Shown here piece by piece: positions 25,787 through 36,163 of a DNA stretch of 61,891 nt. The DNA is taken from NCBI GenBank assembly GCA_031423775.1, contig JANPGF010000057.1, forward strand, positions 1 through 61,891, in the 5' to 3' direction. The notes under the pieces are model-generated. The model had not been told where the DNA came from. It did no database searches and saw only the letters and a program-made list of their open reading frames with translations. Position numbers and translations under genes: made by a program. The stretch is from Candidatus Kaiserbacteria bacterium. GTDB lineage: Bacteria; Patescibacteriota; Minisyncoccia; Phycocordibacterales; UBA918. Every line of letters begins with the position of its first letter. Position 1 is the first letter of the stretch.

Positions 25787-27847
25787 ATGCATAAAAGCTT
25801 TTATCGACCTGACATCGATGGTTTGCGCGCCATCGCAATAATCGCTGTTGTACTTTTCCATGCAAAATTGTTTGGTTTTTCAGGTGGGTTTGTTGGTGTT
25901 GACATTTTCTTTGTTATTTCTGGTTTTTTAATTACTTCCATTTTACAACGTGAACTCGAATTAGGAACTTTTTCATTTTTGCAGTTTTGGGCACGTCGAA
26001 TAAGGCGGATTTTCCCGGCACTTATAACGGTAATACTTGCAACGTTTGTTGTTGCAAATTTGTTTCTATTATTCCCTCAAGATTTTCTAAATTTTGGCAG
26101 ATCTTTACTTTTACAGAGTCTGTTTCTATCGAACTTATTTTTTTTACAACAACAAGGTTATTTTGCTGGACCAGCTGAAACATCCCCGTTATTACATACC
26201 TGGACACTCTCAGTTGAAGAACAGTTCTATATTATTTTGCCCTTCCTTTTATATTATGTACGGAAAATTTTTAAAAAAAGAGTACCTCTAGTGTTATGTT
26301 TGATAGGCATAGTTTCATTTGCAGTCAACATATATTTGGTACATTTTGCGCCAGGAAATAACTTTGCAGTACCATTTATACCAAATATTTGGGGTGGAGC
26401 AATTAACAGTACGGCCGCCTTTTTTTTGTTACCATCTCGGATTTGGGAATTTATGATTGGAGCTCTCATTACTCAGTTGCCAACAGTAATCAATATTTCA
26501 AAAAGAGTAATTGAAATACTGAGTGTAGTGGGTGTACTAGCGATTGGGTATGCAGTGACTCAGTTTAATAGTGGAACACTATTCCCTGGAGTGAATGCTT
26601 TACTCCCAGTGCTGGGTGCTGCTGCAATTATTATAGCGGGTACATATCGGGTGACGTTTGTAAGTAAAGTACTTTCTTTACCAGCGTTTGTTTGGGTTGG
26701 GCTGATTTCATATCCGCTCTATTTATGGCATTGGCCAACTTTAGTATTTGCTCGAATCATATTTGGTTCCTTGTCTACAATACAGCTCATTCTCCTGGTG
26801 GCGATTTCAGTTGGTATGGCATGGTTAACCTATAAGTATATCGAGGCGCCTTTTCGTGAGAAAAGATTTCTTTCTGGATCTGTACAGATACTAGTTGCAG
26901 GTTTTTGTTGCTTGTTAGTGATGGGGATGTCCGGGTATATGATTAGATTTAGTGATGTTTCTTCTCGGGTGCCAGATTATGCGATTGATTTTAGTGGTCT
27001 AGCTTTAAAACAAGGTCCTCGGTATATAGAGTGTAATCGGACAAAAACATCCACAACTATTCTGCGAGACGGTCCGTGTTTATTGGGTAGTGAAAATAGT
27101 GAGGTCTCGTTTGTTCTGTGGGGAGACAGTCATGCCGGCGCTATACTAGATACGGTTGACACTTTAGCTAAACAAAATCATGTGAGAGGCGCTGCTTTTA
27201 ATAGCGGTGATTGTATACCAATAATTGGTGTCTCACGATTTCCTGTTCGGGATGAGTGTCAGGCAATCAAGCAGCAGGCACTATCGTATATTCAAAAGCA
27301 TGATATCAAACATGTATTTCTCGTTGCGCGGTGGAATTCATATGTAGGAGAGGGTTCTACTGGGCCTATTATAGATATCTATTCGCCTGGTGTTTCAATG
27401 GCAGACTCTGAGAGAGTATTTACCGATCGCTTTGATGATATGTTACGCACTTGGACTGAGGATGGTCGTGCTATTACAATTTTAAAACAAGTGCCCGAGT
27501 TTTCACATTTTAATCAGCGTGATGCCTTTTATCAGTCAGTGAGAGATAAAATAGCTGTACCTATTTCCAATCAACCGTTTCATGACCATGAAAAGTACGC
27601 AGCATTTACCGATAAAATATTTTCTCAATTTGCCCAGCGATATAACGTGTCAATTATTGATCCGGCTGAAACTTTTTGTACAATTGTAAGTGGATGTAGA
27701 TTCTACACAGATACTACTATTCTTTATGAAGATGATAATCATCTTAATTTTACAGGTGCAAACCTGTTGGCTCCTCAGTTGCAAAGTTTCTTTGATTCGG
27801 TAAGTATAGAATCGAGTTCCTCGCCTAAACTTATTAAGTCAGTATAG
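25787..27847 (+). CDS. Acyltransferase family 3 (OafA/OatA-like) membrane protein with C-terminal SGNH domain
   Basis: RPDIDGLRAIAIIAVVLFH start, about 10-11 TM helices, and a C-terminal FVLWGDSHAG (SGNH block I). Confidence 0.85.
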   Translation: MHKSFYRPDIDGLRAIAIIAVVLFHAKLFGFSGGFVGVDIFFVISGFLITSILQRELELGTFSFLQFWARRIRRIFPALITVILATFVVANLFLLFPQDFLNFGRSLLLQSLFLSNLFFLQQQGYFAGPAETSPLLHTWTLSVEEQFYIILPFLLYYVRKIFKKRVPLVLCLIGIVSFAVNIYLVHFAPGNNFAVPFIPNIWGGAINSTAAFFLLPSRIWEFMIGALITQLPTVINISKRVIEILSVVGVLAIGYAVTQFNSGTLFPGVNALLPVLGAAAIIIAGTYRVTFVSKVLSLPAFVWVGLISYPLYLWHWPTLVFARIIFGSLSTIQLILLVAISVGMAWLTYKYIEAPFREKRFLSGSVQILVAGFCCLLVMGMSGYMIRFSDVSSRVPDYAIDFSGLALKQGPRYIECNRTKTSTTILRDGPCLLGSENSEVSFVLWGDSHAGAILDTVDTLAKQNHVRGAAFNSGDCIPIIGVSRFPVRDECQAIKQQALSYIQKHDIKHVFLVARWNSYVGEGSTGPIIDIYSPGVSMADSERVFTDRFDDMLRTWTEDGRAITILKQVPEFSHFNQRDAFYQSVRDKIAVPISNQPFHDHEKYAAFTDKIFSQFAQRYNVSIIDPAETFCTIVSGCRFYTDTTILYEDDNHLNFTGANLLAPQLQSFFDSVSIESSSSPKLIKSV

Positions 27848-27949
27848 ATTGAATAATTGCCGCTCACCTATGAGTAAGCATTGAGACATGGTACGATAAA
27901 ATGTCAATACTGTATCAAGTAGTGGAGTGTACTATAATCGTCAGTACGT

Positions 27950-28516
27950 ATGGCTTCACTTGATACTTATATGGCTGAGGCACTGGCGGTTTTTGCAGCT
28001 GTTGCGGCTGACGCTGAAACGCAGGCGGCCTGGACAAAAGCTCGTGACGTTATGTTAGATGCTCTAAAGGCTGGAAAGACGATTTTTGTTGCCGGTAATG
28101 GTGGGAGTGCGGCTGATGCACAACATTTTGCAGCGGAACTCACCGGCCGCTTTAAAGCGGAACGACGTTCGTGGCCTGGAATTGCGCTCACGGTAGATAC
28201 GTCAGCCTTAACTTCTATCGGAAACGATTATGGTTTTGTCCGCGTGTTTTCGCGTCAGCTTGAAGGGCTCGGCCGCGAGGGAGATGTACTCGTGGTGATT
28301 TCAACAAGTGGAAACTCGGCAAACCTCGTACATGCGAGTGTGGTGGCGCAGCAAAAAAAGATGTCGGTTATTGGACTTCTCGGTCGTGATGGGGGAGTAC
28401 TCAAGGAATTTGTCGATGTTCCCGTGATTGTGCGCGCGAGCGTGACCGCTCATATTCAAGAAGTCCATTTACAGATGTATCACTGCTGGTGTGTCGCCGT
28501 TGACGAGCTAGCATGA
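27950..28516 (+). CDS. gmhA: Sedoheptulose-7-phosphate isomerase (SIS domain)
   Basis: FVAGNGGSAADAQHFAAELTGRF and VISTSGNS. Confidence 0.85.
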   Translation: MASLDTYMAEALAVFAAVAADAETQAAWTKARDVMLDALKAGKTIFVAGNGGSAADAQHFAAELTGRFKAERRSWPGIALTVDTSALTSIGNDYGFVRVFSRQLEGLGREGDVLVVISTSGNSANLVHASVVAQQKKMSVIGLLGRDGGVLKEFVDVPVIVRASVTAHIQEVHLQMYHCWCVAVDELA

Positions 28517-29490
28517 ACAAGGAATTAATTACACAAAAACTTGCAGACGTTACTTCTCTCCGTATCGGGGTAATTGGTGATTTAATGCTCGACACGTACA
28601 CCTATGGCCGAGTTGATCGTATTTCCCCTGAAGCACCGATTCCGATTTTGCAGATTGAAAGTGAAATGGCTGTACTCGGTGGAGCGGGAAATGTGTATGC
28701 TAATTTAGTTACGCTAGGAGTGAATACCATTATGATGGGTTCTGTAGGAGCTGACACATTAGGAATTAAACTTATCGATTTGCTTCTGACTGACACTGCT
28801 AAGGCCGTGCCACACCATATTGTGGTCGATCGAAACAAGCCAACCATTAACAAGCAGCGGATTGTTGCGGGGACACAACAGCTCCTCCGCATTGATACCG
28901 AAAATACCGCAACGTTGGATGATGCGCTCACGGATACGCTTATTAGCGGTATCCCAGTATATTTTGCAGGTGTAACCGCTATTTGTGTGGCTGATTATGG
29001 AAAGGGATTTATGACCAAGCGACTCGCTGAAGCGGTCATTTCTTACGGTATGGCCAATCGTATTCCGGTTGTTGTCGATACCAAACCAAAAAATATTGAT
29101 TTTTATCACCACTGCACGCTCATGACGCCAAACGAAGGGGAGCTCATGCAGATGACGGTTTCCGGTACAGTCGCTGAACGCGCACAAGCGCTCGCCCGTG
29201 CGACTGAATCGAATGTGCTCGTGACGCGTGGGGGTAACGGTATGTTATATGCTGACGTGCGGAACGAGTCATCCAATTTCTCACTCCCTAGTTTCGCGAC
29301 TGATGTACGAGATGTTTCCGGTGCGGGGGACACCGTCGTCGCCTTTGCTGTGGTTGGTTTGGCATTGGGGCTTGGTATGGAGGATGCGGTTACTCTCGCA
29401 AATCATGCCGCCGCAGTGTCCGTATCAAAGCCACACACTGCGGTTGTAACTGTGGCTGAGCTGCTCTCGAAACTTTCGGCGGCTGAATAA
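28513..29490 (+). CDS. hldA: D-glycero-beta-D-manno-heptose-7-phosphate kinase (RfaE domain I, PfkB family), stand-alone
   Basis: VGDLMLDTYTYGRVDRISPEAPIPIL and DVSGAGDTVVA. There is a 4-nt ATGA overlap with gmhA. Confidence 0.8.
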   Translation: MNKELITQKLADVTSLRIGVIGDLMLDTYTYGRVDRISPEAPIPILQIESEMAVLGGAGNVYANLVTLGVNTIMMGSVGADTLGIKLIDLLLTDTAKAVPHHIVVDRNKPTINKQRIVAGTQQLLRIDTENTATLDDALTDTLISGIPVYFAGVTAICVADYGKGFMTKRLAEAVISYGMANRIPVVVDTKPKNIDFYHHCTLMTPNEGELMQMTVSGTVAERAQALARATESNVLVTRGGNGMLYADVRNESSNFSLPSFATDVRDVSGAGDTVVAFAVVGLALGLGMEDAVTLANHAAAVSVSKPHTAVVTVAELLSKLSAAE

Positions 29491-29494
29491 TAGT

Positions 29495-30529
29495 ATGATA
29501 CGACCTGATTCCCCGAGTAAAAAAATTGTAACGCTCGCGGCTGCTGCCCGCCTCGCACGGCAGTATCAGGCTGAGGGAAAGGTCGTGGGCTGCATCAGTG
29601 GCTCATTTGATGTGATGACAGCCATTCATTTTAAGGCGCTTGAAGAACGGTCGAAAAAATGCGATGTCTTTTTTGTACTTCTCAACAGTGATAATTCGGT
29701 GCGGTCATATAAAGGTAAAGCCAAGCCAATTTTAAACGAGAGTGAACGGAGTTATATGCTCGTTCAATCGCCGTTTGTGGCACATGTGGTTATTTTTAAT
29801 GAACTCACTCCAGTGGTGGTGCTCGAACAGCTACGACCAGATGTGTATTTAAATGTAGGGGAGTGGGGGCAGGAATGTGTTGAAAAACCAGTTGTCGAAA
29901 AGCATGGCGGCAAGGTCGTCATGTTTGACTTTGATGAGCCGGAGACCTGGTGCAAATCCACCACTCAATTAATTAAGCGCATTCAGACATCAGAAGCTAT
30001 GCAGGTAGGAAAAGCAATTTTTCTTGACCGCGATGGTGTGCTCAATGAAAATAAAAACGGCTATCTCTATCGATTTGAAGATATCGAGTGGAAGCCGTAT
30101 GTTGTATCGTCTCTGAAGGCCTTTGCGAAGGCTGGTTATAAACTGATTATAATTACCAATCAGTCGGGGATTGCGCGGGGATACTATACAGAAAAACAAA
30201 TGCATACCTTGCACCGCAAAATGAAAACTTATCTCAAAGAACAAGGAGTTGTTATTGATGCGGTGTATCATTGCCCGCACGGTCCTACTGACGGGTGTTC
30301 GTGTCGTAAGCCAGGTATTGGTATGTTATTACAAGCGGCGACTGAACAAAATTTAAACCTAAGCAAGTCTTGGTTTATTGGTGATAGTGATACTGATATT
30401 ATTGCCGGCCGTCACGCTAATGTGCACACGGTGTATATTGGAAATGAAACCGAGTATCCGGAACATACACTGCGTCCAAATCATTTTGTCACCAATCTAA
30501 AGGAGGCGCAAAAACGGATACTAACGTAA
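29495..30529 (+). CDS. Fusion: heptose-1-phosphate nucleotidyltransferase (RfaE domain II-like) + D,D-heptose-1,7-bisphosphate phosphatase (GmhB, HAD)
   Basis: N-terminal part: GCISGSFDVMTAIHFKAL...LNSDNSVRSYKGKAKPI (cytidylyltransferase fold). C-terminal part: FLDRDGVLN, ITNQSGIARGY, CPHGPTDGCSCRKPGIGM and GDSDTDI (GmhB signatures). Confidence 0.75.
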   Translation: MIRPDSPSKKIVTLAAAARLARQYQAEGKVVGCISGSFDVMTAIHFKALEERSKKCDVFFVLLNSDNSVRSYKGKAKPILNESERSYMLVQSPFVAHVVIFNELTPVVVLEQLRPDVYLNVGEWGQECVEKPVVEKHGGKVVMFDFDEPETWCKSTTQLIKRIQTSEAMQVGKAIFLDRDGVLNENKNGYLYRFEDIEWKPYVVSSLKAFAKAGYKLIIITNQSGIARGYYTEKQMHTLHRKMKTYLKEQGVVIDAVYHCPHGPTDGCSCRKPGIGMLLQAATEQNLNLSKSWFIGDSDTDIIAGRHANVHTVYIGNETEYPEHTLRPNHFVTNLKEAQKRILT

Positions 30530-30539
30530 TATAGGGCGT

Positions 30540-31373
30540 ATGGCATTTAATTTGAAACAAATTTCTCGTGGTTTTGTCGGCAGAAATGCGCGACTAGTAT
30601 ATCAGACTTATGTGATGTTACTGATACAAAATCGATTTATTGCACCGGGGGCGGCCGGCACAGCTCGACTGTTACAGGCAAACATGGAGTATTCAAAACG
30701 CGCAAGCCTCCACGGTATGTTCAAGGAGATTTTCTTCGATCAAAATTATTTTATTCCGGCAACTGATGCGCCGCTTACTATTATTGATTGTGGTACTAAT
30801 ATCGGTATTTCACTTTTGTATTTTAAAACACAGGCACCAAATGCAGTGATTGTTGGGTTTGAACCAAATCCTCATACATTTGCAATCGTGTCCCGAAACG
30901 TTGCTGCAAATAATTTAGGGACGACTTTGCATAATGTTGGTCTCGGTGCTCGGCCAGAGAAGGTGACTTTTTTTACTGATGTAAAAGATTTAGCCTCCCA
31001 AAGTGCGAGTACGACCAAACAGCTTGGCACCAAGAAAAATTATACGCTCACTGAACTCGCAGTGCAGCTTGAACCCCTTTCGCAGTACATTACTGGGCCA
31101 ATTGATATCTTGAAACTAGATATCGAGGGAGCTGAAGGTGTGGTCATTGATGAGCTCGTGGCGGCTAATAAATTACACTTGGTAAAAAAACTCTTTATCG
31201 AGTATCACTTTGATGGAGTAAACACCACGTATCCTCTTGGCAAATTGCTCTCGCAATTGGAAGCGGCTGGTTTTCTCTACGTCATTAATTCGGGGATTGA
31301 ACTCCCGTACCATATTTCTGCAAAACTCAATTCAATTTGGTATAAGATTGTGGCGTGGCGACCAGAGGTATAA
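30540..31373 (+). CDS. FkbM-family methyltransferase
   Basis: IIDCGTNIGISLLYF, GFEPNPHTFAIV and LKLDIEGAEGVVI. Confidence 0.75.
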   Translation: MAFNLKQISRGFVGRNARLVYQTYVMLLIQNRFIAPGAAGTARLLQANMEYSKRASLHGMFKEIFFDQNYFIPATDAPLTIIDCGTNIGISLLYFKTQAPNAVIVGFEPNPHTFAIVSRNVAANNLGTTLHNVGLGARPEKVTFFTDVKDLASQSASTTKQLGTKKNYTLTELAVQLEPLSQYITGPIDILKLDIEGAEGVVIDELVAANKLHLVKKLFIEYHFDGVNTTYPLGKLLSQLEAAGFLYVINSGIELPYHISAKLNSIWYKIVAWRPEV

Positions 31374-31399
31374 TTTCTTTTAAGCTCGCGAATAGTGCA

Positions 31400-32710
31400 T
31401 TACAAAGTAGGTCGTTTCTCTTGAGGGGTCTCATGTTCGTAATGCACAATCTCCTCGTATTCTTTAAAGAAAAACCAGACAATAAGGCCTCCGTGAAAGA
31501 TTTGTTCGGTAAAGAGAGAGGCGACGACTCCCCAAACTCCAAGCCAAGGAACAAATACCAATGTAGCAATAAGTTTAGGCACTGCGGTCAAAAAGGTGAT
31601 GTAGTAAAGCTCGCGGTGTTTGCTGTGGCTCACAAAGGTATCTGCGAGTACCTTGATTGGTAAAAAGAGAAACGCGAGACCAAGCACCTGCGCATAAAGT
31701 ACAGACGATTCGTACTTTGGAAAAACGTAATGGAATGTGAGCGGTGTGAGAAGTATATAGCAAATGGTAAAGGGGATGATGATGGCGTATAACAGCAATA
31801 ATTTGCGCGGTAAAGTTTTTTGGAGAATATGAAAAGAACGGTTCGTTAGTTTGGGTATTGCAATACTATTCATACTCTTAAACAGGTGTGTGAACTGCCG
31901 TTCAAAGTTCATAGCCAATAGGAATTCCGCGAGTGCAGCTGGTCCGGCAAACTGAAAGAGAATGAGTCGATCAAGATACGCAATACCACGACTGATGATG
32001 GCATCAATAGAGAGATGAACCGCTTCGTGGGTAAGGTGGGGATCGGTATCGTTATTCCGTTTGTAGGTACGACTCCAGAAAAAGAGTCCTAGGTTAACAA
32101 TTGCGCTAGTAAGTAAATACGCCAGGAGCAAGATAAAAACATTGTTGGTGAGACAAAGCGTAATCACCATCACGATACCAGGAACCAGAATACCGGTGAC
32201 GGTCGAGGTGCTCGTTTGTTTAAACAATTTTCGACCGTTCAAAAAAGAGATATAAATTTTTGCTGCAATGGTCACCATGGTCAAGAACGCACTGAGAGCA
32301 ATACCAAACCCAAAGAGGTAGTCTCCTTTATAGAGGTAGAAGACGCCCATCCCAGCCCCCACTAACACTGAGGGGATTCCCCAGAGGAGAGCCTGCTTAA
32401 AGCCTGCATCGAGAGCGCCATCTTTACCTTTGGCTACTGAAGTAATGGCGGCTCGACCAATCCCTATGAGGGAGAAGGTAGTCAAGAACTCACCAGTGGT
32501 GAGGATATATTGGTAGGTACCGTAGGCCTCTTTGGAGAGGAGGTTGGCAAACGCAATTGAAGTTAGGAGAGCAATGCCAGTCACTAGCACTTGGCCAATT
32601 GCCATTGCACCACCACCAAAAAAGATGTAATGGACATCTATTTTAAGTTTCTTTTCAAGCTTGGTAAGTATTGGTAAAACTTTTCGTTTCAGTGAGTTTC
32701 GTAAAGACAT
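31400..32710 (-). CDS. Polysaccharide flippase-like membrane protein (MOP/Wzx family)
   Basis: About 12-14 hydrophobic helices with a Wzx-like N-terminus (KIDVHYIFFGGGAMAIGQVL...). Start set at MSLRNSLKRK. Confidence 0.65.
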   Translation of the reverse strand: MSLRNSLKRKVLPILTKLEKKLKIDVHYIFFGGGAMAIGQVLVTGIALLTSIAFANLLSKEAYGTYQYILTTGEFLTTFSLIGIGRAAITSVAKGKDGALDAGFKQALLWGIPSVLVGAGMGVFYLYKGDYLFGFGIALSAFLTMVTIAAKIYISFLNGRKLFKQTSTSTVTGILVPGIVMVITLCLTNNVFILLLAYLLTSAIVNLGLFFWSRTYKRNNDTDPHLTHEAVHLSIDAIISRGIAYLDRLILFQFAGPAALAEFLLAMNFERQFTHLFKSMNSIAIPKLTNRSFHILQKTLPRKLLLLYAIIIPFTICYILLTPLTFHYVFPKYESSVLYAQVLGLAFLFLPIKVLADTFVSHSKHRELYYITFLTAVPKLIATLVFVPWLGVWGVVASLFTEQIFHGGLIVWFFFKEYEEIVHYEHETPQEKRPTL

Positions 32711-32833
32711 GAAATATAGTGTTGCGCAACTGCTCAAATATGTAACTTTTGGTACTATAGAAAAGTTATCAGAGGGATACAGGAGGTAGGGAGGACATTA
32801 TAATACCACAACACACAGTAATATTTATACGAT

Positions 32834-34369
32834 ATGGAAATTCAGTTCGGCAAGCAAAAATTCAATTTTGACGGTCTCTTTACGCTTGAAATGGCTAACA
32901 ATCACCAAGGAAGTGTTGAACATGGCAAAAAAATAATCCAAGAATTTGGTACGGTTGTGAGAGCTGCCGGGGTGCGGGCAGCTTTGAAATTCCAATTTCG
33001 TAACTTGGATACGTTCATCCATCCTGATTTCATCAACAGTACAACGAACAAGCATATCCCTCGTTTTCAGAGTACTCGATTGTCGAAAGAAGATTTTGCT
33101 ACGCTCGTAGCTGAAGTAAAAAAGGAGGGGATGGTCACGATGGCAACACCCTTTGACGAAGCGTCGGTGAAGCTCCATTCTGAACTTGGTATCGAAGTAC
33201 TTAAAATTGCGAGCTGTTCGGCTAAAGATTGGCCACTCCTCGAAGCGGTAGCATCAGTCGGAAAACCAGTTATTATTTCTACTGGGGGGCTCACGATGAA
33301 AGAGATCGATAACCTCGTTAGTTTCTTTGAACACCGTCTCGTCGATTTTGCCCTGATGCATTGTGTGGCAATTTACCCCACACCAAACGATAAACTTGAA
33401 CTCAATCAAATCGAGTTGATGCGCAAGCGGTATCCAAAAATTACCATTGGATTTTCAACCCATGAGGCACCAGATAATATGGATGCTATATTGATTGCCT
33501 ATGCCAAAGGTGCGCGCATTTTTGAGCGTCATGTGGGTGTCGCTACCGATGATATTAAGCTCAACGCGTATTCATCAACACCAAAGCAAATTACCGATTG
33601 GTTTGCTGCGTACAGTCGAGCAATTCAGATTTGTGGTTCAACCACCGGTCGTGTTATTGATCAGGATGAGCGAAATGATCTCCGCAGTTTGATGCGCGGA
33701 GTCTATGCTAAGCATGATATCGCTGCTGGTGAAGTGTTGGGGGAGGATGATATCTTTTACGCCTTTCCAATTCAAGATGGACAGCTTAGTAGTGGCAGTT
33801 TTAAAGTGGGTTCTACCGCTGACCGAGCGTACAAACACAATGAAGCGATTACTACGCACCTCGTAATGCAGAAATTTACGCCACGTCAGGTCATTTACCA
33901 AGCGATTCATGGTGTAAAGGGAATGTTGAACGAAGCTCATATCGCGACTGGTATAGATGCAACCGTCGAACTCTCACATCATTATGGACTCGAGAATTTC
34001 GATAAGGTGGGAGCGGTGATTGTGGATTGTATCAATCGTGAGTATTGTAAGAAACTAATTATCCAGTTACCTGGCCAGAAACACCCGTATCACTTCCACA
34101 AGAAGAAGGAAGAAGCGTTCCAGGTGCTTTACGGAGAGGTAACGCTTGACCTGGAAGGACGAGAGCGCGTTCTCCATCCTGGTGATGTCGCGATTGTACA
34201 GCGTGGTGTGAATCATGCCTTCTGGACTGAAACGGGGGTTATCTTTGAAGAAATCTCCACGACACATTTTAACGGAGATTCGTACTACGAGGATAAATCG
34301 GTAAACGATATGCCGCGAGAGTCGCGCAAGACCGTTCTCCATAACTGGGGACGTCACCAATTTGATTAA
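32834..34369 (+). CDS. NeuB-family (sialic/ulosonic acid) synthase with SAF domain and extra C-terminal cupin domain
   Basis: FTLEMANNHQGS, VLKIASCSAKDWPLL, VIISTGG and GFSTHE (NeuB TIM barrel). SAF-like AAGEVLGEDDIFYAFP. The last ~150 aa carry PYHFHKKKEE...VNHAF (lyxose/mannose-isomerase-type cupin). Confidence 0.8.
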   Translation: MEIQFGKQKFNFDGLFTLEMANNHQGSVEHGKKIIQEFGTVVRAAGVRAALKFQFRNLDTFIHPDFINSTTNKHIPRFQSTRLSKEDFATLVAEVKKEGMVTMATPFDEASVKLHSELGIEVLKIASCSAKDWPLLEAVASVGKPVIISTGGLTMKEIDNLVSFFEHRLVDFALMHCVAIYPTPNDKLELNQIELMRKRYPKITIGFSTHEAPDNMDAILIAYAKGARIFERHVGVATDDIKLNAYSSTPKQITDWFAAYSRAIQICGSTTGRVIDQDERNDLRSLMRGVYAKHDIAAGEVLGEDDIFYAFPIQDGQLSSGSFKVGSTADRAYKHNEAITTHLVMQKFTPRQVIYQAIHGVKGMLNEAHIATGIDATVELSHHYGLENFDKVGAVIVDCINREYCKKLIIQLPGQKHPYHFHKKKEEAFQVLYGEVTLDLEGRERVLHPGDVAIVQRGVNHAFWTETGVIFEEISTTHFNGDSYYEDKSVNDMPRESRKTVLHNWGRHQFD

Positions 34370-34426
34370 TCCGGATGACTACTTTATAAAACCACTCGCC
34401 AGATAATTCTGGCGAGTGGTTTTATA

Positions 34427-36163
34427 TTAGGATTCAAAAACGTCAGAATCTCGGAGGCGGAAGAGCCCTTCGTCAATGCGCCTCTGGTCGAGGTGGTGAC
34501 CGATAAAGCCAACTGAACGGGGAATAACAAATAAGGCGTTCATAAATTCCGTGTCCAAGAGCTCACTGATTTCTGCCGAGGTACATTTTTCGTATTCAAC
34601 GAGGTAATCGAGAAAAACCGCAGCAACCGCCCCATCGATATTAAGAATTAAATTAGATTTTTTCTTGGTGGTTAGTTCTGCAATTGACTGCGCAAAGGTG
34701 CTGTACGTTTTTGCAGTGAGGTCCAGGTCAGCTTGAGCCAAAAGGGCTGCAACTCGAGCGTCAGGTCGGTAGATATTGTATTTGAGATGCCCTATACCCT
34801 GTATGTGCTCACGCTTTTTGCTTGCATTTGCCACCACGTCAGCGGGCGTTAGTTTTGCTTTTACACTCTCATACCATAGTGTGGCCGCATTATTCATAGC
34901 CCCACCAAATCGATCACCAATCGTGAGGATGCCAGTTGCGAGTGAGGATACCATATCTCGGCCGGCCCGGGTGGTGATGATGGTATTTGCAGCCCCTGAA
35001 ACATGAGGTCCATGATCAATTAACTCAACAAAAATAGTGTCGGTTACTCGTACCAGTTCAGGCGACACTGTGCGACCGAGGAGTCGAGCGAGGATATGTT
35101 CAGTAAAGCTTCCTGTAGTTGTGCCGGTCACCTGTTTTGGTGCCGTGATGAGGGTGTGATGAGTATTGGCTGGTCGACCAGTCCAAATACGAGCAGTAGC
35201 GGATGTCGTGATTTTCTTTGGGAGGTGGGCGAGCTGCTCGTTAAAATCGGCAAAGGTGTCGCTGACGATAACCCCAGCGGCCCGGAGGGCGACTGATTTG
35301 GCGTTGGCTGTTTCATCAGGATTTTTTGCGAGGGCTTTGGCGTGACCAAATTGAATAACCTGATCACCTGATTCGTAGCGTCCTGCAATGTAGGCGTAGA
35401 TGGGTTTGGTAATTTCACCGTTTTGTACAGCTGCCGCTAAATCGTATTCATCAGTCCCGCCAAGTTCACCAAAGTATATGATCTGTTCGGTTTGAGGATC
35501 GGCTTCGGCTGCACGAATCCAGTCGAGTGGCGAAGTGATAGGGAAGCGATCTCCGCCATACGCGATGGCAAAACTAATGCCCGCTCCGTGCGCGGTTACC
35601 TGGTACATGATTTCATTTACCATTCCGCCTGAACTACAAATAATTGCAGTGTGGCCTAGTGTGGTGCCGAGCTCTGTCACCCGAGCGCCAGCGATACCGC
35701 CGATTGCTCCTAATTTCAAGAGCCCGGGCACGCACAGTCCAACACCAGACGGCCCTGCAATAAATTTCTGGTTAGATGTGCCATCGCCGTAAGAGCTAAT
35801 CAGTGCGAGCGCATCACGTTCTGCAACATTCTCAGCAAAAATATGGGCACCCAGTGCCTGCGGAAAATGGATAAAGAAGTCAGAGACCATACGGTACGCA
35901 CCGCTTGCAGAGGTAATATTGAGAAGGAAATCAGGCGTGAGACCGAGGAGAACCGCTTCCTCCATACTAGGAATCACCGGAACTAATATTTCTGCGTTAC
36001 CCCAAAATAGCTTTTGGCTTTTTTTGCCAACAGAGATAATGGCAAGAACGCTTGGCGTAACGCGGCCACTTGCATAATCAAAATCGAGGATTGATTGAAC
36101 AATACGTTCATGGTTACCTGCTATCAGAATGGTAGGTGTTTTAGTCCGGAGATTTTTTATCAT
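34427..36163 (-). CDS. aclA: ATP-citrate lyase large subunit (CoA-binding/phosphohistidine domain + citrate-synthase-like domain)
   Basis: [10 protein letters not shown] aligns with ACLY VQFGHAGACA (phosphohistidine loop). [45 protein letters not shown] aligns with ACLY [43 protein letters not shown]. Confidence 0.85.
   Translation of the reverse strand: [578 protein letters not shown]

Noticed and set aside
29495-30529. The nucleotidyltransferase half as an inactive pseudo-domain because HxGH reads TAIH.
   Set aside because: The family signature is (T/H)xGH, so Thr at the first position is acceptable. Only the Gly is replaced, and the rest of the domain aligns well with RfaE domain II. I flagged this for testing rather than calling it inactive.
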